Shown: positions 38,518-49,667, counted from the stretch's first letter. The stretch is DNA of 64,000 nucleotides from Deltaproteobacteria bacterium UBA2409 (GCA_002343185.1 DDRT01000020.1:196776-260775), one strand, 5' to 3'. The notes: generated by a model from the sequence alone, not told the origin. Made by a program: numbers and translations.

Positions 38518-39755
38518 GATACTTCGACAAGAAAGTAACTCTTCTTTCCAGATCTTAAGATTAATACTGATCTATCCAGCCTAACAGATTCATCTGGATC
38601 ACTGATCCGAGTGCCTTGAATATAAGCTCCACCAGCAGAAATTAGTCTTTTAGCCTCGCCTTTTGATTTAACAACTCCAGCTTTAATGAATAAATCAGAG
38701 GCTGAAAGCCTTTCATCCTTCGATACTCTTGAGTGTGGAACTTCACTAAAAACCTCTTTTAGAAGAGTTTCAGGTAATTGATTTAGATCTCCTCCACCAA
38801 AAAGAACAGAAGTAGCGTTCAGTGCCTCAGCTGTTTTTTCTTCTCCATGGACTAGTTTTGTTACTGACTCAGCCAGCTCTTTTTGCGCAGTCCTTTTCTC
38901 AGGAGCTGCTTTAAATTCACTTTCAATAGCAGAAATATCATTTAGAGATTTAAACGAGAATATTTTAAGAAGCTTTATGACCTCATCGTCAGCTACATTT
39001 AATAGATATTGGTAACATTTGTATGGGGAGGTTAGTTTTGGATCTAGCCAGATAGCGTCAGATTCACTTTTACCAAATTTTCTTCCAGCTTTGTCGGTTA
39101 AGAGTGGCCAGCATAAAACCGAAGCCTCTCCACTAAGTTTCCTTCGGATCAGCTCAAGCCCTGCCGTCATGTTTCCCCACTGATCTGAACCACCAACTTG
39201 AAGCTTACAGCCATAGTTTTTGTATAGAAAAAGAAAGTCAAATGCCTGAAGAAGCATGTACGTAAACTCAGTAAAAGAAATTCCATCACCTTCGATTCTG
39301 TTTTTAACAGAATCTTTCGCTAACATGTAGTTAACAGTGAAATGTTTGCCTATGTCTCTAAGGAAATCCAAAATCGAAACGTTGTGAGTCCAGTCGTAAT
39401 TATCTACGAACTTTGGAGTTATATTTAGCTTGGAAAATATTTCATTTACCTGTTTTTTTTGTGCTTCTATGTTTGATTGTATCTCTGATCTATCAAGAAG
39501 TTTCCTTTCAGCACTTTTACCTGATGGGTCTCCAATGCTACCTGTAGCCCCACCAAAGAGAATTATAGGTTCAAAGCCTGCCTGAGCTAACCGTGCTGTA
39601 GTTAATAGCCCTACTAAGTTACCGATTTGAAGACTGGGAGCTGTTGGATCTATTCCTAAGTAAAAAGGGCAGGGTGTTAGAGCCTCTTTATTAGCTATAT
39701 CAAATAATAGCCCCCGATTTTCAAGTTCGTCTAGCATAAGTTGATTCTGAATCAA
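38514..39755 (-). CDS. tyrS: Tyrosine--tRNA ligase
   Basis: Class I HIGH (FYLGIDPTAPSLQIGNLVGL) and KMSKS-like KFGKS motifs. C-terminal S4-like domain. Confidence 0.9.
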   Translation of the reverse strand: MIQNQLMLDELENRGLLFDIANKEALTPCPFYLGIDPTAPSLQIGNLVGLLTTARLAQAGFEPIILFGGATGSIGDPSGKSAERKLLDRSEIQSNIEAQKKQVNEIFSKLNITPKFVDNYDWTHNVSILDFLRDIGKHFTVNYMLAKDSVKNRIEGDGISFTEFTYMLLQAFDFLFLYKNYGCKLQVGGSDQWGNMTAGLELIRRKLSGEASVLCWPLLTDKAGRKFGKSESDAIWLDPKLTSPYKCYQYLLNVADDEVIKLLKIFSFKSLNDISAIESEFKAAPEKRTAQKELAESVTKLVHGEEKTAEALNATSVLFGGGDLNQLPETLLKEVFSEVPHSRVSKDERLSASDLFIKAGVVKSKGEAKRLISAGGAYIQGTRISDPDESVRLDRSVLILRSGKKSYFLVEVS

Positions 39756-39778
39756 TTCTCATGCAGAATAAAGCTGTT

Positions 39779-39988
39779 ATGGCAAAAGCAGCGAAAGATA
39801 CGGTTTTTTTAGTCTCTACCGAAGGCACTAATGCCCACTATACTAACCGTAAGAACAAAAAGAAGTTTAAAGGTGAAAAAAAGCTAACTCTTAAGAAGTA
39901 TGACCCTGTAGCCAGAAAACACGTCGAATTTGGTGAAAAGAAGCTTAGCAGGCTTAAGAAGAAATATAAGCCTGCTCAATCAGCTTAA
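39779..39988 (+). CDS. rpmG: 50S ribosomal protein L33 (Cys-less form) with a Lys-rich C-terminal tail
   Basis: VFLVSTEGTNAHYTNRKNKKKFKGEKKLTLKKYDPVARKHVEF parallels L33 (TLECTxC..NYxTxKNKRNxPxKLELKKYCPxCxKH) with the Zn-ligand Cys replaced. Confidence 0.55.
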   Translation: MAKAAKDTVFLVSTEGTNAHYTNRKNKKKFKGEKKLTLKKYDPVARKHVEFGEKKLSRLKKKYKPAQSA

Positions 39989-40035
39989 TTCACTAGCCTT
40001 GCAATTTCGCCATCAAAATTCTCTACTAACGGCTA

Positions 40036-41085
40036 ATGAAGCGAACCCCTCTCTATGACTCACACCTAAAGCTCGGAGCCAAAATGGTTCCATTTGCTGG
40101 GTTTGAGATGCCGGTACAATATTCGATGGGATTAATCGAGGAACATAATAGCGTTAGAAATAATGTTGGTATGTTCGATGTAAGCCATATGGGAGAGATA
40201 TTTGTTAGTGGAGACTCAAGCTTTGACTTTCTTCAAAGAGTTACCTGCAACGATCTATCAAAGCTTCAAATTGGTAAGGCTCAGTATTCAGCCCTTTTAA
40301 ACCAAAATGGCGGAGTAATAGATGATATTATCGTCTATAAACTCGAAGAATCTAGATATCTAATTTGCGCTAATGCTTCTAATTGTGAGAAAGATTTTGA
40401 ATGGCTAGTCTCTCAAAATCGAGAAAAAGCAGATTTAAAAAATCAATCGTCATCATGGGGGCAGATTGCAGTTCAAGGGCCAAACGCCAAAAATTTCGTT
40501 CAAAAATATTGTTCTAAAGAGCTAAAATATTTTGAGTGTGAAGAGTATGGAGGCAATATTGTTGCTAGAACAGGTTACACTGGGGAAGATGGGTTTGAAA
40601 TTTTTGTACCTGCCCAAAAGACAGCAGCTCTTTGGAATGAGCTTCTTCAGGCAGGAGTACTACCGTGTGGGCTAGGTGCTAGAGACACCTTAAGACTTGA
40701 GGCCTGTTATCCCCTTCATGGTCATGAGTTAAGTGAAGAGTATTCTGCTTTAGAGTCAGGATTAGGCTGGATAGTTAAATTCAGTAAAGGAGATTTTATA
40801 GGCAAAGAGGCTCTTCAAAAGACTTTTGAACGTAAGTTAGTCGGTTTTTTTGTGCTTGATCCTGGTATTGTTCGTGAAGGAACGCCGCTTTTTGATGAAA
40901 ATGATAAGCCTTGTGGTTTTGTAACAAGTGGTACTAAAACCCCTACAGTTAATAAGGCTTTAGGGTTAGCTCTTGTGAGTAATAGTCCTAAGTTTGCAGA
41001 GGTAAGAGGAAGAAAGTTAAGAGTTGAGATTACAAAAACACCTTTTTATAGAACTTCAAATCCTCCACCTAGATTCAAGGATTAG
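40036..41085 (+). CDS. gcvT: Glycine cleavage system aminomethyltransferase (T protein)
   Basis: KRTPLYDSHLKLGAKMVPFAGFEMPVQY N-terminus and overall GcvT architecture. Confidence 0.9.
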   Translation: MKRTPLYDSHLKLGAKMVPFAGFEMPVQYSMGLIEEHNSVRNNVGMFDVSHMGEIFVSGDSSFDFLQRVTCNDLSKLQIGKAQYSALLNQNGGVIDDIIVYKLEESRYLICANASNCEKDFEWLVSQNREKADLKNQSSSWGQIAVQGPNAKNFVQKYCSKELKYFECEEYGGNIVARTGYTGEDGFEIFVPAQKTAALWNELLQAGVLPCGLGARDTLRLEACYPLHGHELSEEYSALESGLGWIVKFSKGDFIGKEALQKTFERKLVGFFVLDPGIVREGTPLFDENDKPCGFVTSGTKTPTVNKALGLALVSNSPKFAEVRGRKLRVEITKTPFYRTSNPPPRFKD

Positions 41086-41241
41086 GTTTTTCAGCGTGTC
41101 TTATGTGCAATATGGTAGGAAACCCTAACCGTGACCTTAGGCTTGAGCGTGAGCAAAATTGAGTTGATGCCTACGCTCACGAGGGCAGGCTCGACCCCCA
41201 AAACCTAGATTCCTGTAATAATTTAATTTATAAGGATATAT

Positions 41242-41622
41242 ATGACTGTCCCTGAAGGGTTAAAATATACAAAAGATCATGAATGGGTTCGTATAGAGGG
41301 CGACCTAGCTGTTGTTGGTGTGACTGATTTTGCCCAAGGGGAACTTGGAGAGATCGTATTTTCAGAGCTTCCTATTGTAGGTAGCAACGTTTCTGCTGGG
41401 GGTACATTCTGTGTTCTTGAATCAACAAAGGCCGCCAGTGATGTTTATGCGCCAATCTCTGGTGTAGTAGCAGAAATAAACGAATCAGTAAGTGCTGATC
41501 CTACCCTTGTTAATAAAGATCCATTTGGACTTGGGTGGCTAGTAAAGCTAAAGGGTTTCAACCCTCAGGAGCTTAATAATCTACTGTCCCCAGAGCAGTA
41601 TAAATCCCTTATTGGTGGTTAA
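41242..41622 (+). CDS. gcvH: Glycine cleavage system H protein
   Basis: Lipoyl-lysine motif [16 protein letters not shown]. 126 aa. Confidence 0.9.
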   Translation: MTVPEGLKYTKDHEWVRIEGDLAVVGVTDFAQGELGEIVFSELPIVGSNVSAGGTFCVLESTKAASDVYAPISGVVAEINESVSADPTLVNKDPFGLGWLVKLKGFNPQELNNLLSPEQYKSLIGG

Positions 41623-41660
41623 AACTCGCAACCTTTGGCCAATTTGCTATAGTAAAAGGC

Positions 41661-44495
41661 ATGGAGCACCTTTCAAGCATGACCAACTTTAATGACACTC
41701 ACCTCAGTCCATTTGTTAAAAGACATATTGGTCCATCAGAAAACAATATTCAAGAGATGCTCAAAGTAGTTGGTTGCTCCACCCTTGAAGAGTTTCTCTC
41801 AAAGGTCATTCCAACAGGATTAAGATCAAAAAATTTCAAGATTCCATTCGATGGAATGACAGAAGAAGAAGTTCTTTCAACTTTGAAAGCCTACTCTGAG
41901 GAGAATAAAGTATTTAGGTCTCTAATAGGCCAAGGTTACTACGACACCATCACTCCAGGAGTGATCTTAAGAAACATATTTGAAAATCCAGGTTGGTATA
42001 CTCAGTATACACCCTATCAGCCTGAGATTTCGCAAGGGAGACTTGAGGCTCTTTTAAATTTTCAAACACTGGTCTCTGATCTAACCGGACTTCCGATTTC
42101 AAACTCTTCACTTTTAGATGAAGGAACCGCCGCAGCAGAGGCTATGTCTCTAAGTAGAAGGGACGATAGGAAGATATTTTTAGTAGATTCGGATTGTTTC
42201 CCGCAGACGATTGCTGTGATTAAAACAAGAGCAAAACCTCTTGGTGTTGAGGTTCGTGTGACTGAGGATCTAAAAGATCTTGAAGGAGCTTTTGGGCTTT
42301 TACTCCAATATCCATCATCAAGCGGAGCTATTAAAGATTATAGCGAAGTGATTACTCGAGCCAAAGAAAAGAAGGTTGTAGTTACAATGGCTACGGATCT
42401 ACTTGCACTAACTTTACTCCCCTCACCAGGAGAGCTTGGAGCTGATATTGCTGTTGGGAGTGCTCAGAGATTTGGGGTTCCTCTCGGATTCGGAGGACCT
42501 CATGCAGCTTTTTTTGCTACAACGGATGAATTTAAAAGACAGATCCCTGGAAGAATTGTTGGTGTATCAAAAGATTCGTCAGGGAAAAGAGCTCTAAGAT
42601 TAGCTCTTCAAACAAGGGAGCAACACATTAGACGTGAGAAGGCCACAAGCAATATCTGTACAGCACAGGTGCTTCTTTCCATTATGGCCTCGATGTACGC
42701 AGTTTATCATGGTCCGAAAGGGCTAAAAGAGATTGCGACAAGGATCAATTTTCTATCCTCTAAACTGGCAGCAACTCTAAAAGAATTAGGATATCAATTA
42801 TCAAGTGACCAATTTTTTGATACAATCAAGGTTCAACAGCTAAATGGTAGCGCCAAACAAGTACTAGATCGTGCAAGAGCCGCGAATTTTAATCTTAGAG
42901 AGTATGAAGATGGCTCAATTGGAGTTTCCCTAGACGAATTAAGTACAGAAGAAGAATTAGAACTGATAGTTTCATTTTTTACTGGAAAGAAAACTAAGCT
43001 TGCATCTCCTTTTGATTCTATCAGAAAAAAAAGAAGCTCAGAGTTTCTAACTCACCCAGTATTTAACTCTCATTTCTCTGAGACTGAGTTTCTTAGATAT
43101 GTAAAACGTCTTGAATCAAGAGACCTATCACTTTGTCATGCGATGATCCCACTTGGATCTTGCACAATGAAGTTAAATGCCACAGCAGAGATGTTGCCTG
43201 TATCTTACCCTGGATTTTCCAGGCTTCATCCCTTTGCCCCCAAAGATCAAACACAAGGATATCAGAGGTTATTCAAAGAGCTTGAAGAGTGTCTATGTGC
43301 TGTTACTGGTTTTGATGCAGTTTCGCTTCAACCAAATGCAGGTTCGCAAGGTGAATACGCTGGTCTACTTGTTATAAGAGAATATCAGGAATCAATTAAG
43401 CAAGGCTTTAGAGACATATGCTTAATTCCAAAAAGTGCCCATGGAACTAACCCTGCAAGTGCTGTTATGGCCGGCCTAAAAGTTGTAGCGATAGAGTGTG
43501 ATGCTAATGGAAATATTGATCTTCAAGATCTACAGTTAAAAGCAGCAACGCACAAAGAGAAGCTAAGTTGCATCATGGTAACATACCCATCAACTCACGG
43601 AGTTTTTGAGGGGCATATTAAAGATGTCTCGAAGATAATTCACGATGCAGGTGGTCAGGTTTATATGGATGGCGCAAATTTAAATGCGCTTGTTGGCTAT
43701 GTAACTGCTGAAGAGATAGGAGCGGATGTTTGTCATATAAATTTGCATAAGACTTTTTGTATTCCGCATGGTGGTGGAGGCCCTGGAATGGGACCAATTG
43801 GAGTAAAAAATCATCTTGCACCTTTTCTCCCCGGACACCCTGTTACTGGTGGAATTTTAGGCCCGGTATCAGCTGCTCCATGGGGTAGTGCTAGCATTTT
43901 GCCTATCTCATGGGCATACATGGCTATGATGGGAACAGAAGGGGTAAAGCTCGCTACAGCGGTTGGACTTTTGTCTGCGAACTATATAGCGAAGAGAGTC
44001 GAAGCTTCATTTCCTGTTCTTTATAAGGGCGATTCAGGATTTGTTGCCCATGAATGCATTTTGGATCTAAGAGGAGTAAAAGCATTTGTAGAGGTTGATG
44101 ATGTAGCAAAACGTCTTATTGACTATGGATTTCATCCTCCTACAGTAAGCTGGCCAGTTGCAGGAACTATTATGGTCGAGCCTACTGAAAGTGAGAGCAA
44201 GGAAGAACTTGATCGGTTTTGTGAAGCGTTGATTTCAATACGTGAAGAGATTAGGGAGATCGAAAACGGAAGTTATCCTAGAGAGCTAAATCCGCTCAAA
44301 GGAGCTCCTCACACAATTGAAGCAGTGTGTTCGCACGATTGGAGTAGACCATATTCAAGGGAGCAAGCAGCTTACCCGGTGCCTAGTCTCCGAGAATTTA
44401 AGTTTTGGCCATCAGTAGGCAGAGTGGATGCAGCTTATGGTGACAGAAACTTAGTATGTACCTGTCCAAGCGTGGAGGAACTAAGTGAGGGATGA
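41661..44495 (+). CDS. gcvP: Glycine dehydrogenase (decarboxylating), single-chain P protein
   Basis: 944 aa. PLP-lysine region [19 protein letters not shown]. Two-domain GcvP organisation. Confidence 0.9.
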   Translation: MEHLSSMTNFNDTHLSPFVKRHIGPSENNIQEMLKVVGCSTLEEFLSKVIPTGLRSKNFKIPFDGMTEEEVLSTLKAYSEENKVFRSLIGQGYYDTITPGVILRNIFENPGWYTQYTPYQPEISQGRLEALLNFQTLVSDLTGLPISNSSLLDEGTAAAEAMSLSRRDDRKIFLVDSDCFPQTIAVIKTRAKPLGVEVRVTEDLKDLEGAFGLLLQYPSSSGAIKDYSEVITRAKEKKVVVTMATDLLALTLLPSPGELGADIAVGSAQRFGVPLGFGGPHAAFFATTDEFKRQIPGRIVGVSKDSSGKRALRLALQTREQHIRREKATSNICTAQVLLSIMASMYAVYHGPKGLKEIATRINFLSSKLAATLKELGYQLSSDQFFDTIKVQQLNGSAKQVLDRARAANFNLREYEDGSIGVSLDELSTEEELELIVSFFTGKKTKLASPFDSIRKKRSSEFLTHPVFNSHFSETEFLRYVKRLESRDLSLCHAMIPLGSCTMKLNATAEMLPVSYPGFSRLHPFAPKDQTQGYQRLFKELEECLCAVTGFDAVSLQPNAGSQGEYAGLLVIREYQESIKQGFRDICLIPKSAHGTNPASAVMAGLKVVAIECDANGNIDLQDLQLKAATHKEKLSCIMVTYPSTHGVFEGHIKDVSKIIHDAGGQVYMDGANLNALVGYVTAEEIGADVCHINLHKTFCIPHGGGGPGMGPIGVKNHLAPFLPGHPVTGGILGPVSAAPWGSASILPISWAYMAMMGTEGVKLATAVGLLSANYIAKRVEASFPVLYKGDSGFVAHECILDLRGVKAFVEVDDVAKRLIDYGFHPPTVSWPVAGTIMVEPTESESKEELDRFCEALISIREEIREIENGSYPRELNPLKGAPHTIEAVCSHDWSRPYSREQAAYPVPSLREFKFWPSVGRVDAAYGDRNLVCTCPSVEELSEG

Positions 44496-45465
44496 GGCTA
44501 AAAAGTTAATTGAACTAGAAAGGAAGAAAGGAAAGAAGATCGGTTTTACATCCGGCGCATTCGATATTCTCCATTCTGGCCATGTCACATATCTAGAAGA
44601 AGCAAAAAAGAGGTGTGATTTTTTAGTAGTTGGGGTTAATTCTGACTCATCAATAAAGAGGTACAAAGATCCTGATAGACCAATAAATTCTGAAAATGAC
44701 AGATTAAAAGTTGTAAATTCACTAAGATCTGTTGATTACGCATTTATATTTGACGAGACAAATAACAATAAAAACATTGAAGAACTAAAGCCTGATTTTT
44801 ATTTTAAAGCAGGAGACTATTCTAAAAGTGGCCTGTCTTCAGCACCATTAGTAGAATCTTATGGAGGTAAAGTTGAGCTACTTCCATTTCTTGAAGGAAG
44901 ATCTACTACCGGTATAGTAGAGAAGATACTCTATGGAGGTAAAACAGAAGTAAAACTAGAGGCAGCACCAATTTTATTTTTAGATAGAGATGGCACATTG
45001 ATTGAGCATATCGAATATCTACATGAGCCGGAGAGAGTAAAGATTATTGATGGTGCTTTTGAAGCGGTGAAACGATTTCAGGATGTTGGATACAGAATAG
45101 CAATCGTAACTAATCAGGCAGGGATCGGTTTAGGGTATTTTAGCAAGGAAGATTTCTTTGCAACAAATCGTGTATTGTTCAAAAAGTGCAAAGAGATAGG
45201 CGTTAGAATATCAAAAATCTACTATTCCACATCAGGTGTTCCGCATCAGTGCAATTATTCAAAACCAAATCCAGATATGATTCTTAAAGGGCTACTTGAG
45301 CTAAATGGAATTAAAGAAAGGAGTATAATGGTTGGTGACTCACTTGTTGATATTGAAGCAGGAAAAAATGCTGGATTAAAACGTATAGTTTGCGTGGGAG
45401 ATAAGCGTTTTTCTGAACATAATGATGTTGAATATTTAGAAAGCTTAGCAGATTTAAATCCATGA
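44485..45465 (+). CDS. Bifunctional heptose-1-phosphate adenylyltransferase (HldE/RfaE domain II) fused to D,D-heptose-1,7-bisphosphate phosphatase (GmhB)
   Basis: N-half cytidylyltransferase motif [19 protein letters not shown]-half HAD motifs [18 protein letters not shown] and [14 protein letters not shown]. Confidence 0.65.
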   Translation: MRDEAKKLIELERKKGKKIGFTSGAFDILHSGHVTYLEEAKKRCDFLVVGVNSDSSIKRYKDPDRPINSENDRLKVVNSLRSVDYAFIFDETNNNKNIEELKPDFYFKAGDYSKSGLSSAPLVESYGGKVELLPFLEGRSTTGIVEKILYGGKTEVKLEAAPILFLDRDGTLIEHIEYLHEPERVKIIDGAFEAVKRFQDVGYRIAIVTNQAGIGLGYFSKEDFFATNRVLFKKCKEIGVRISKIYYSTSGVPHQCNYSKPNPDMILKGLLELNGIKERSIMVGDSLVDIEAGKNAGLKRIVCVGDKRFSEHNDVEYLESLADLNP

Positions 45466-46934
45466 GAGCCTTAGCAATTGATATCGGTTCAAACGCAGTA
45501 AGAGCAGCAATAGGAGAGATGAACGGTGATGTGCTCTCTGTTTTAATTGAACTTAGAGAATCAGTTAGATTAGGAGCAGATGTTTTTTCCGGTAGAATCG
45601 TAAAGGATGAAACTCTATCATTGCTGGTTTCTGCACTTAAGTCTTTTTTGGGAGCTGGAGAAAAATATAAAGTTAACTCTGTTAAAGCAGTTGGAACTAG
45701 TGCTCTAAGAGAAGCAGATAATCAATTAAAAGTAGTAGAGACCATAAAATCAGTTTTAGGATTAGACATTGAAATAATCTCAGGAGAAGAGGAGGCCAGA
45801 TTTATCGGTGAAGCTGTTAAGCACGCAGTTAATCTGAACGATAAAAGGGTTGCATTAATTGACATTGGGGGTGGTAGTACAGAGATCTCACTTCTTGATA
45901 ACGGGGAAGTTATACTTTCTGAGAGTCTACCCTTAGGGTCGGTAAGGCTTCTTAGTGTAAAGCAAAAGCTTATACCTAAAGTTGTAAAGCAACACACTAA
46001 AAGTTTAATTTCTCGAATCCTTGATGTTCAAGATGGTAATCCAATTGATTTAATCATTGGATGTGGAGGAAACTGCGAAGCACTTTTGGATCTAAAGCAA
46101 AAGCTACTAAATCAAACATCTTCTGGGATTACATCCGATGAGATGAAAAGGATCTTTGATATTATATCCGATCTGCCTATTGATGAGAGAATTCAAAAAT
46201 ATGGATTAAGACCAGATAGAGCTGATGTGATCGTTCCAGCAACGTTGGTATTAAGATCAATCTTGGATTCGCTCAAAGGAAAAGAACTAACGATCCCACG
46301 TGTTGGGTTAAGAAATGGCATTTTGTTGGAGGTGTTAAGGACAACAAGTAGTAGATCTGAAAGGCAGCTTATTAAGTTTGCTGAAGGGCTTGTTAGAAGA
46401 TTTAAAGGAGATCTTAATCATGCAAGAACTGTCACAAAGTTTGCGTTACAGATCTATGACAGTATTCCTGGTAACAATAAGCAAGAAAAGCTATATCTAA
46501 GGTTAGCCTCTCTTTTGCATGATATAGGCTCAAGCATTAGCCCTGAAGGGCACCACAAGCATACTTACTATATTCTCCATCAAGTTCCCTTTGTGGGACT
46601 AACTAAAGATGAGAAAGAAATCGTTGCTCAGATAGCAAGATACCACAGAAAAGCGCATCCCTCTGTTAAGCATCCTCAATTTGTTGCTCTATCAAAGGAG
46701 TCACAGGAAATAGTAGCGAGATGTGCCAGTATTCTCAGAATTGCTGAGGCGCTCGATCAGGAGCATCTTCCAACCGCGCTATCTTTGAATGTTGAATCTA
46801 AGCAGGATTCGCTCCATCTTAAGCTAGGTGGTAATGACTGCGAGCTTGAAGCTTGGAAAGCACAGAAAAGAGCGGATCTTTTCGAAAAAATATACAAAAC
46901 TAAGGTAGATGTTGAATGGTACAGGGAAAATTAA
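45462..46934 (+). CDS. Ppx/GppA-family phosphatase with C-terminal HD domain
   Basis: ALAIDIGSNAVRAAIGE (ASKHA N-terminus) and LDIEIISGEEEARF. C-terminal HD motif LLHDIGSSIS...HHKHTYYI. Confidence 0.8.
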   Translation: MRALAIDIGSNAVRAAIGEMNGDVLSVLIELRESVRLGADVFSGRIVKDETLSLLVSALKSFLGAGEKYKVNSVKAVGTSALREADNQLKVVETIKSVLGLDIEIISGEEEARFIGEAVKHAVNLNDKRVALIDIGGGSTEISLLDNGEVILSESLPLGSVRLLSVKQKLIPKVVKQHTKSLISRILDVQDGNPIDLIIGCGGNCEALLDLKQKLLNQTSSGITSDEMKRIFDIISDLPIDERIQKYGLRPDRADVIVPATLVLRSILDSLKGKELTIPRVGLRNGILLEVLRTTSSRSERQLIKFAEGLVRRFKGDLNHARTVTKFALQIYDSIPGNNKQEKLYLRLASLLHDIGSSISPEGHHKHTYYILHQVPFVGLTKDEKEIVAQIARYHRKAHPSVKHPQFVALSKESQEIVARCASILRIAEALDQEHLPTALSLNVESKQDSLHLKLGGNDCELEAWKAQKRADLFEKIYKTKVDVEWYREN

Positions 46935-47572
46935 TAGCAGTTGAAGGGCTTGATGGCTCAGGTAAATCAACCCAAGTCGCTCTTTTAAAAAGGTGGCTCG
47001 AACGTGAAAACTATAGAGTATTTTTTACAGAGTGGAATTCATCATCTGTTGTAAAAAAAGTTACAAAGAAAGGTAAGGATCAAAAATCCTTAACACCAAC
47101 TACATTTTCACTAATTCATGCTACCGATCTTTGCGATAGATTTGAAAAGCAGATCTTACCCTTACTTCATGCTGGGTACATTGTTTTATGTGATAGATAT
47201 AAATATACCGCTTTTGCCCGGGATGCTGTTCGTGGATGTGACCGAGAGTGGCTGCGAAATGTATATTCCTTTGCTCCAAAGCCTGATATTACCTTTTATT
47301 TTGAAACCCCTCTAACTGTTGCTTTAGACAGAATTCTTTCAGGAAGACCACAGCTCAAATTTCATGAGGCAGGAATGGATCTTGAGCTTTCAGAGGACAT
47401 TGAAGAAAGCTTTAAGAAATTCCAAGGAATGATATACAAAGAATATAAGAAGATGAAAGATGAATTTGTAGTTATTAATGCAACTAAGCCACCTGAAGAA
47501 CAACAAAGGCTTGTACGTTCAGTGGTTGAATCAAAGATTGATCTTAAGCGATTTAAAAAGAAGCGTGTATGA
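46916..47572 (+). CDS. Thymidylate kinase-like nucleoside monophosphate kinase
   Basis: P-loop IAVEGLDGSGKSTQ and DRY motif CDRYKYTAF. Overlapping start. Confidence 0.7.
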   Translation: MVQGKLIAVEGLDGSGKSTQVALLKRWLERENYRVFFTEWNSSSVVKKVTKKGKDQKSLTPTTFSLIHATDLCDRFEKQILPLLHAGYIVLCDRYKYTAFARDAVRGCDREWLRNVYSFAPKPDITFYFETPLTVALDRILSGRPQLKFHEAGMDLELSEDIEESFKKFQGMIYKEYKKMKDEFVVINATKPPEEQQRLVRSVVESKIDLKRFKKKRV

Positions 47573-48249
47573 GAAAGTGGTTTGGAAAAGGTCTACCAAA
47601 ACAGAGTCTAAAGAATCTACCTGGTAAATTCATTGTAGTAGAGGGACAAGATGGTGCGGGTCGAACTACTCATGTAAGTAGACTACGAGCCTGGTTCGAG
47701 AATAAAGGGTTTGCAACTGCTGAAATAGGCCTACGAAGATCTGACTTAGCTGGAAAAGAGCTTTCAGAGGCTATGAGCACTCATTCATTAACTCCACTCA
47801 CGATGTCTCTGTTTTATGCTACGGACTTAGCTGATCAGATTGAGAATGTTCTCCTTCCATCATTACGAGCAGGATTTGTTGTAATAGCAGATCGATATAT
47901 CTACTCAATAATTGCAAGGGCAATAGTAAGAGGACAATCAATGGAATGGATCAATGATCTTTTTGGATTTGCTTTAAAGCCTGATGCTGCTGTTTTTCTT
48001 AAAGCTTCCCCTCAAACTTTAGCATCAAGGTCATTTTTTAAAGGTGGAACATTGAGCTTCTGGGAGTCAGGACAGGACATTGAAGGTGGGGGAGATATTT
48101 ATCTTAGATTCATAAGATATCAAACAAAACTTGCAAAAGTTTTCGATCAGGTAATTAAGGATCATAAAATAACAGTAGTTAATGCTGAAGGTTCCGAAGA
48201 TGCTGTTCAAGCTACACTAGAAGAAAGGGTGAGTGAGTTACTGTTTTAG
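47569..48249 (+). CDS. Thymidylate kinase-like paralogue with Arg in the P-loop Lys position
   Basis: IVVEGQDGAGRTTH (GxxGxGR[T]) and DRY motif ADRYIYSIIA. Translationally coupled to the upstream Tmk-like gene. Confidence 0.6.
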   Translation: MRKWFGKGLPKQSLKNLPGKFIVVEGQDGAGRTTHVSRLRAWFENKGFATAEIGLRRSDLAGKELSEAMSTHSLTPLTMSLFYATDLADQIENVLLPSLRAGFVVIADRYIYSIIARAIVRGQSMEWINDLFGFALKPDAAVFLKASPQTLASRSFFKGGTLSFWESGQDIEGGGDIYLRFIRYQTKLAKVFDQVIKDHKITVVNAEGSEDAVQATLEERVSELLF

Positions 48250-48287
48250 GTAATCGGCGGTTTGACCCCCAAAAGCTAGTTTTTATT

Positions 48288-49667
48288 TTAAATAGATTTA
48301 TGAACCTTCTGCCCACCCTTACTATCTTCTACGATAAATCCAAGCTTTTGAATCTCATCTCTTAATCTATCACTTTCAGCCCAGTTTTTATTGTCTCGTG
48401 CACTTTGTCTTTGAGTTAAGAGTGCCTGAACACTTTCAGGAATTATCTCCTCATTAAACCAGCTATCTACACTTAGCCCTAAAACTAAGTCAGCGGCTTT
48501 TAATGCTCCAAGCCTCAGCTCTGGCTGATATCTCTCATCTTCTAAAATCTGCCTTAGCTTCGCTAAAGCTAAAGGGGTATTTAAGTCTGCTCCGATAGCA
48601 GCATTAAACTCTTTAAGAATTTTATGTTCAGGTGAGACTTCAAGAGTTGATCTGCCTAGGGATCTAGCCTTTGATCTTAAAGAATTTCTACTAGCCTTTG
48701 CTCCTTCCATCGCCTCTAGACTAAAGTTGAGCTGGCTTCTGTAGTGAGAACCCAAAACAAGAAATCGATAATCAAGTGGATCAAAACCTTCTAAGTCAGA
48801 AAGTACAATAAATCCACCTTTTGATTTAGACATCTTTTCTTTATTCAAAAGTATAAACTCAGAGTGCATCCAGAAGTTTACCCATTTTTTGCCTATTGCA
48901 CCTTCTGATTGAGCAATTTCGTTGGTGTGATGTACTGGTATGTGATCAATTCCTCCACAGTGAATATCAAACTGCTCTCCAAGATATTTTATTGCCATTG
49001 CACTACATTCGATATGCCATCCTGGATAGCCAACTCCCCAAGGGGAGTCCCATTGAAGTTCTTGGTTTTCAAATTTCGATTTTGTAAACCACAAAACAAA
49101 ATCAGCTGGAAAACGCTTGTTAGAATCAATTTCAATTCTTGCCCCGGCTCTTAGTTTTTCAAGATCAAGCAATGCTAATTTCCCATACTCTGGAAACTTT
49201 GAAACATCAAAGTAGACGTTTCCACCTGAAAGGTAGGTTAAGCCTTTCGATTCAAGTCGTTTAATTAGTTCGATCATCTCTGTAATGTGATCGGTAGCCT
49301 TACAGACTATATCTGGTTTTAAAATGTTAAGAGCTTCACAATCTTTAAAGAATGCATGAGTGTAGTACTCAGCTATCTCATATGATTTTTTCTTCTCCCG
49401 CTTCATGGCGAGTGACATTTTGTCCTCGCCTTCATCAGCGTCAGAAACTAAATGACCAACATCAGTGATGTTCATTACATGAGTCACTTTGTAGTTAAAG
49501 TATCGTAATGTTCTTACAAGTATATCTTCAAAGATGTAAGTCTTTAGATTTCCAATGTGCTGATAGTTGTAAACAGTAGGGCCACAGCAGTATATCTTTA
49601 CTTTACCTTGCTCGATTGGATTAAACTGCTCTACAGTTCTTGTAAGGGTATTAAATAGAGTTACCAC
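48288..49667 (-). CDS. cysS: Cysteine--tRNA ligase
   Basis: HIGN (CGPTVYNYQHIGNLKTY), zinc ligands and KMSKS (KMSKSKGG). Confidence 0.9.
   Translation of the reverse strand: MVTLFNTLTRTVEQFNPIEQGKVKIYCCGPTVYNYQHIGNLKTYIFEDILVRTLRYFNYKVTHVMNITDVGHLVSDADEGEDKMSLAMKREKKKSYEIAEYYTHAFFKDCEALNILKPDIVCKATDHITEMIELIKRLESKGLTYLSGGNVYFDVSKFPEYGKLALLDLEKLRAGARIEIDSNKRFPADFVLWFTKSKFENQELQWDSPWGVGYPGWHIECSAMAIKYLGEQFDIHCGGIDHIPVHHTNEIAQSEGAIGKKWVNFWMHSEFILLNKEKMSKSKGGFIVLSDLEGFDPLDYRFLVLGSHYRSQLNFSLEAMEGAKASRNSLRSKARSLGRSTLEVSPEHKILKEFNAAIGADLNTPLALAKLRQILEDERYQPELRLGALKAADLVLGLSVDSWFNEEIIPESVQALLTQRQSARDNKNWAESDRLRDEIQKLGFIVEDSKGGQKVHKSI

Noticed and set aside
43177-43821. Small ORFs 43177-43377 (+) and 43618-43821 (-) within gcvP.
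   Set aside because: They lie inside the 944-aa glycine dehydrogenase CDS in other frames or strands.
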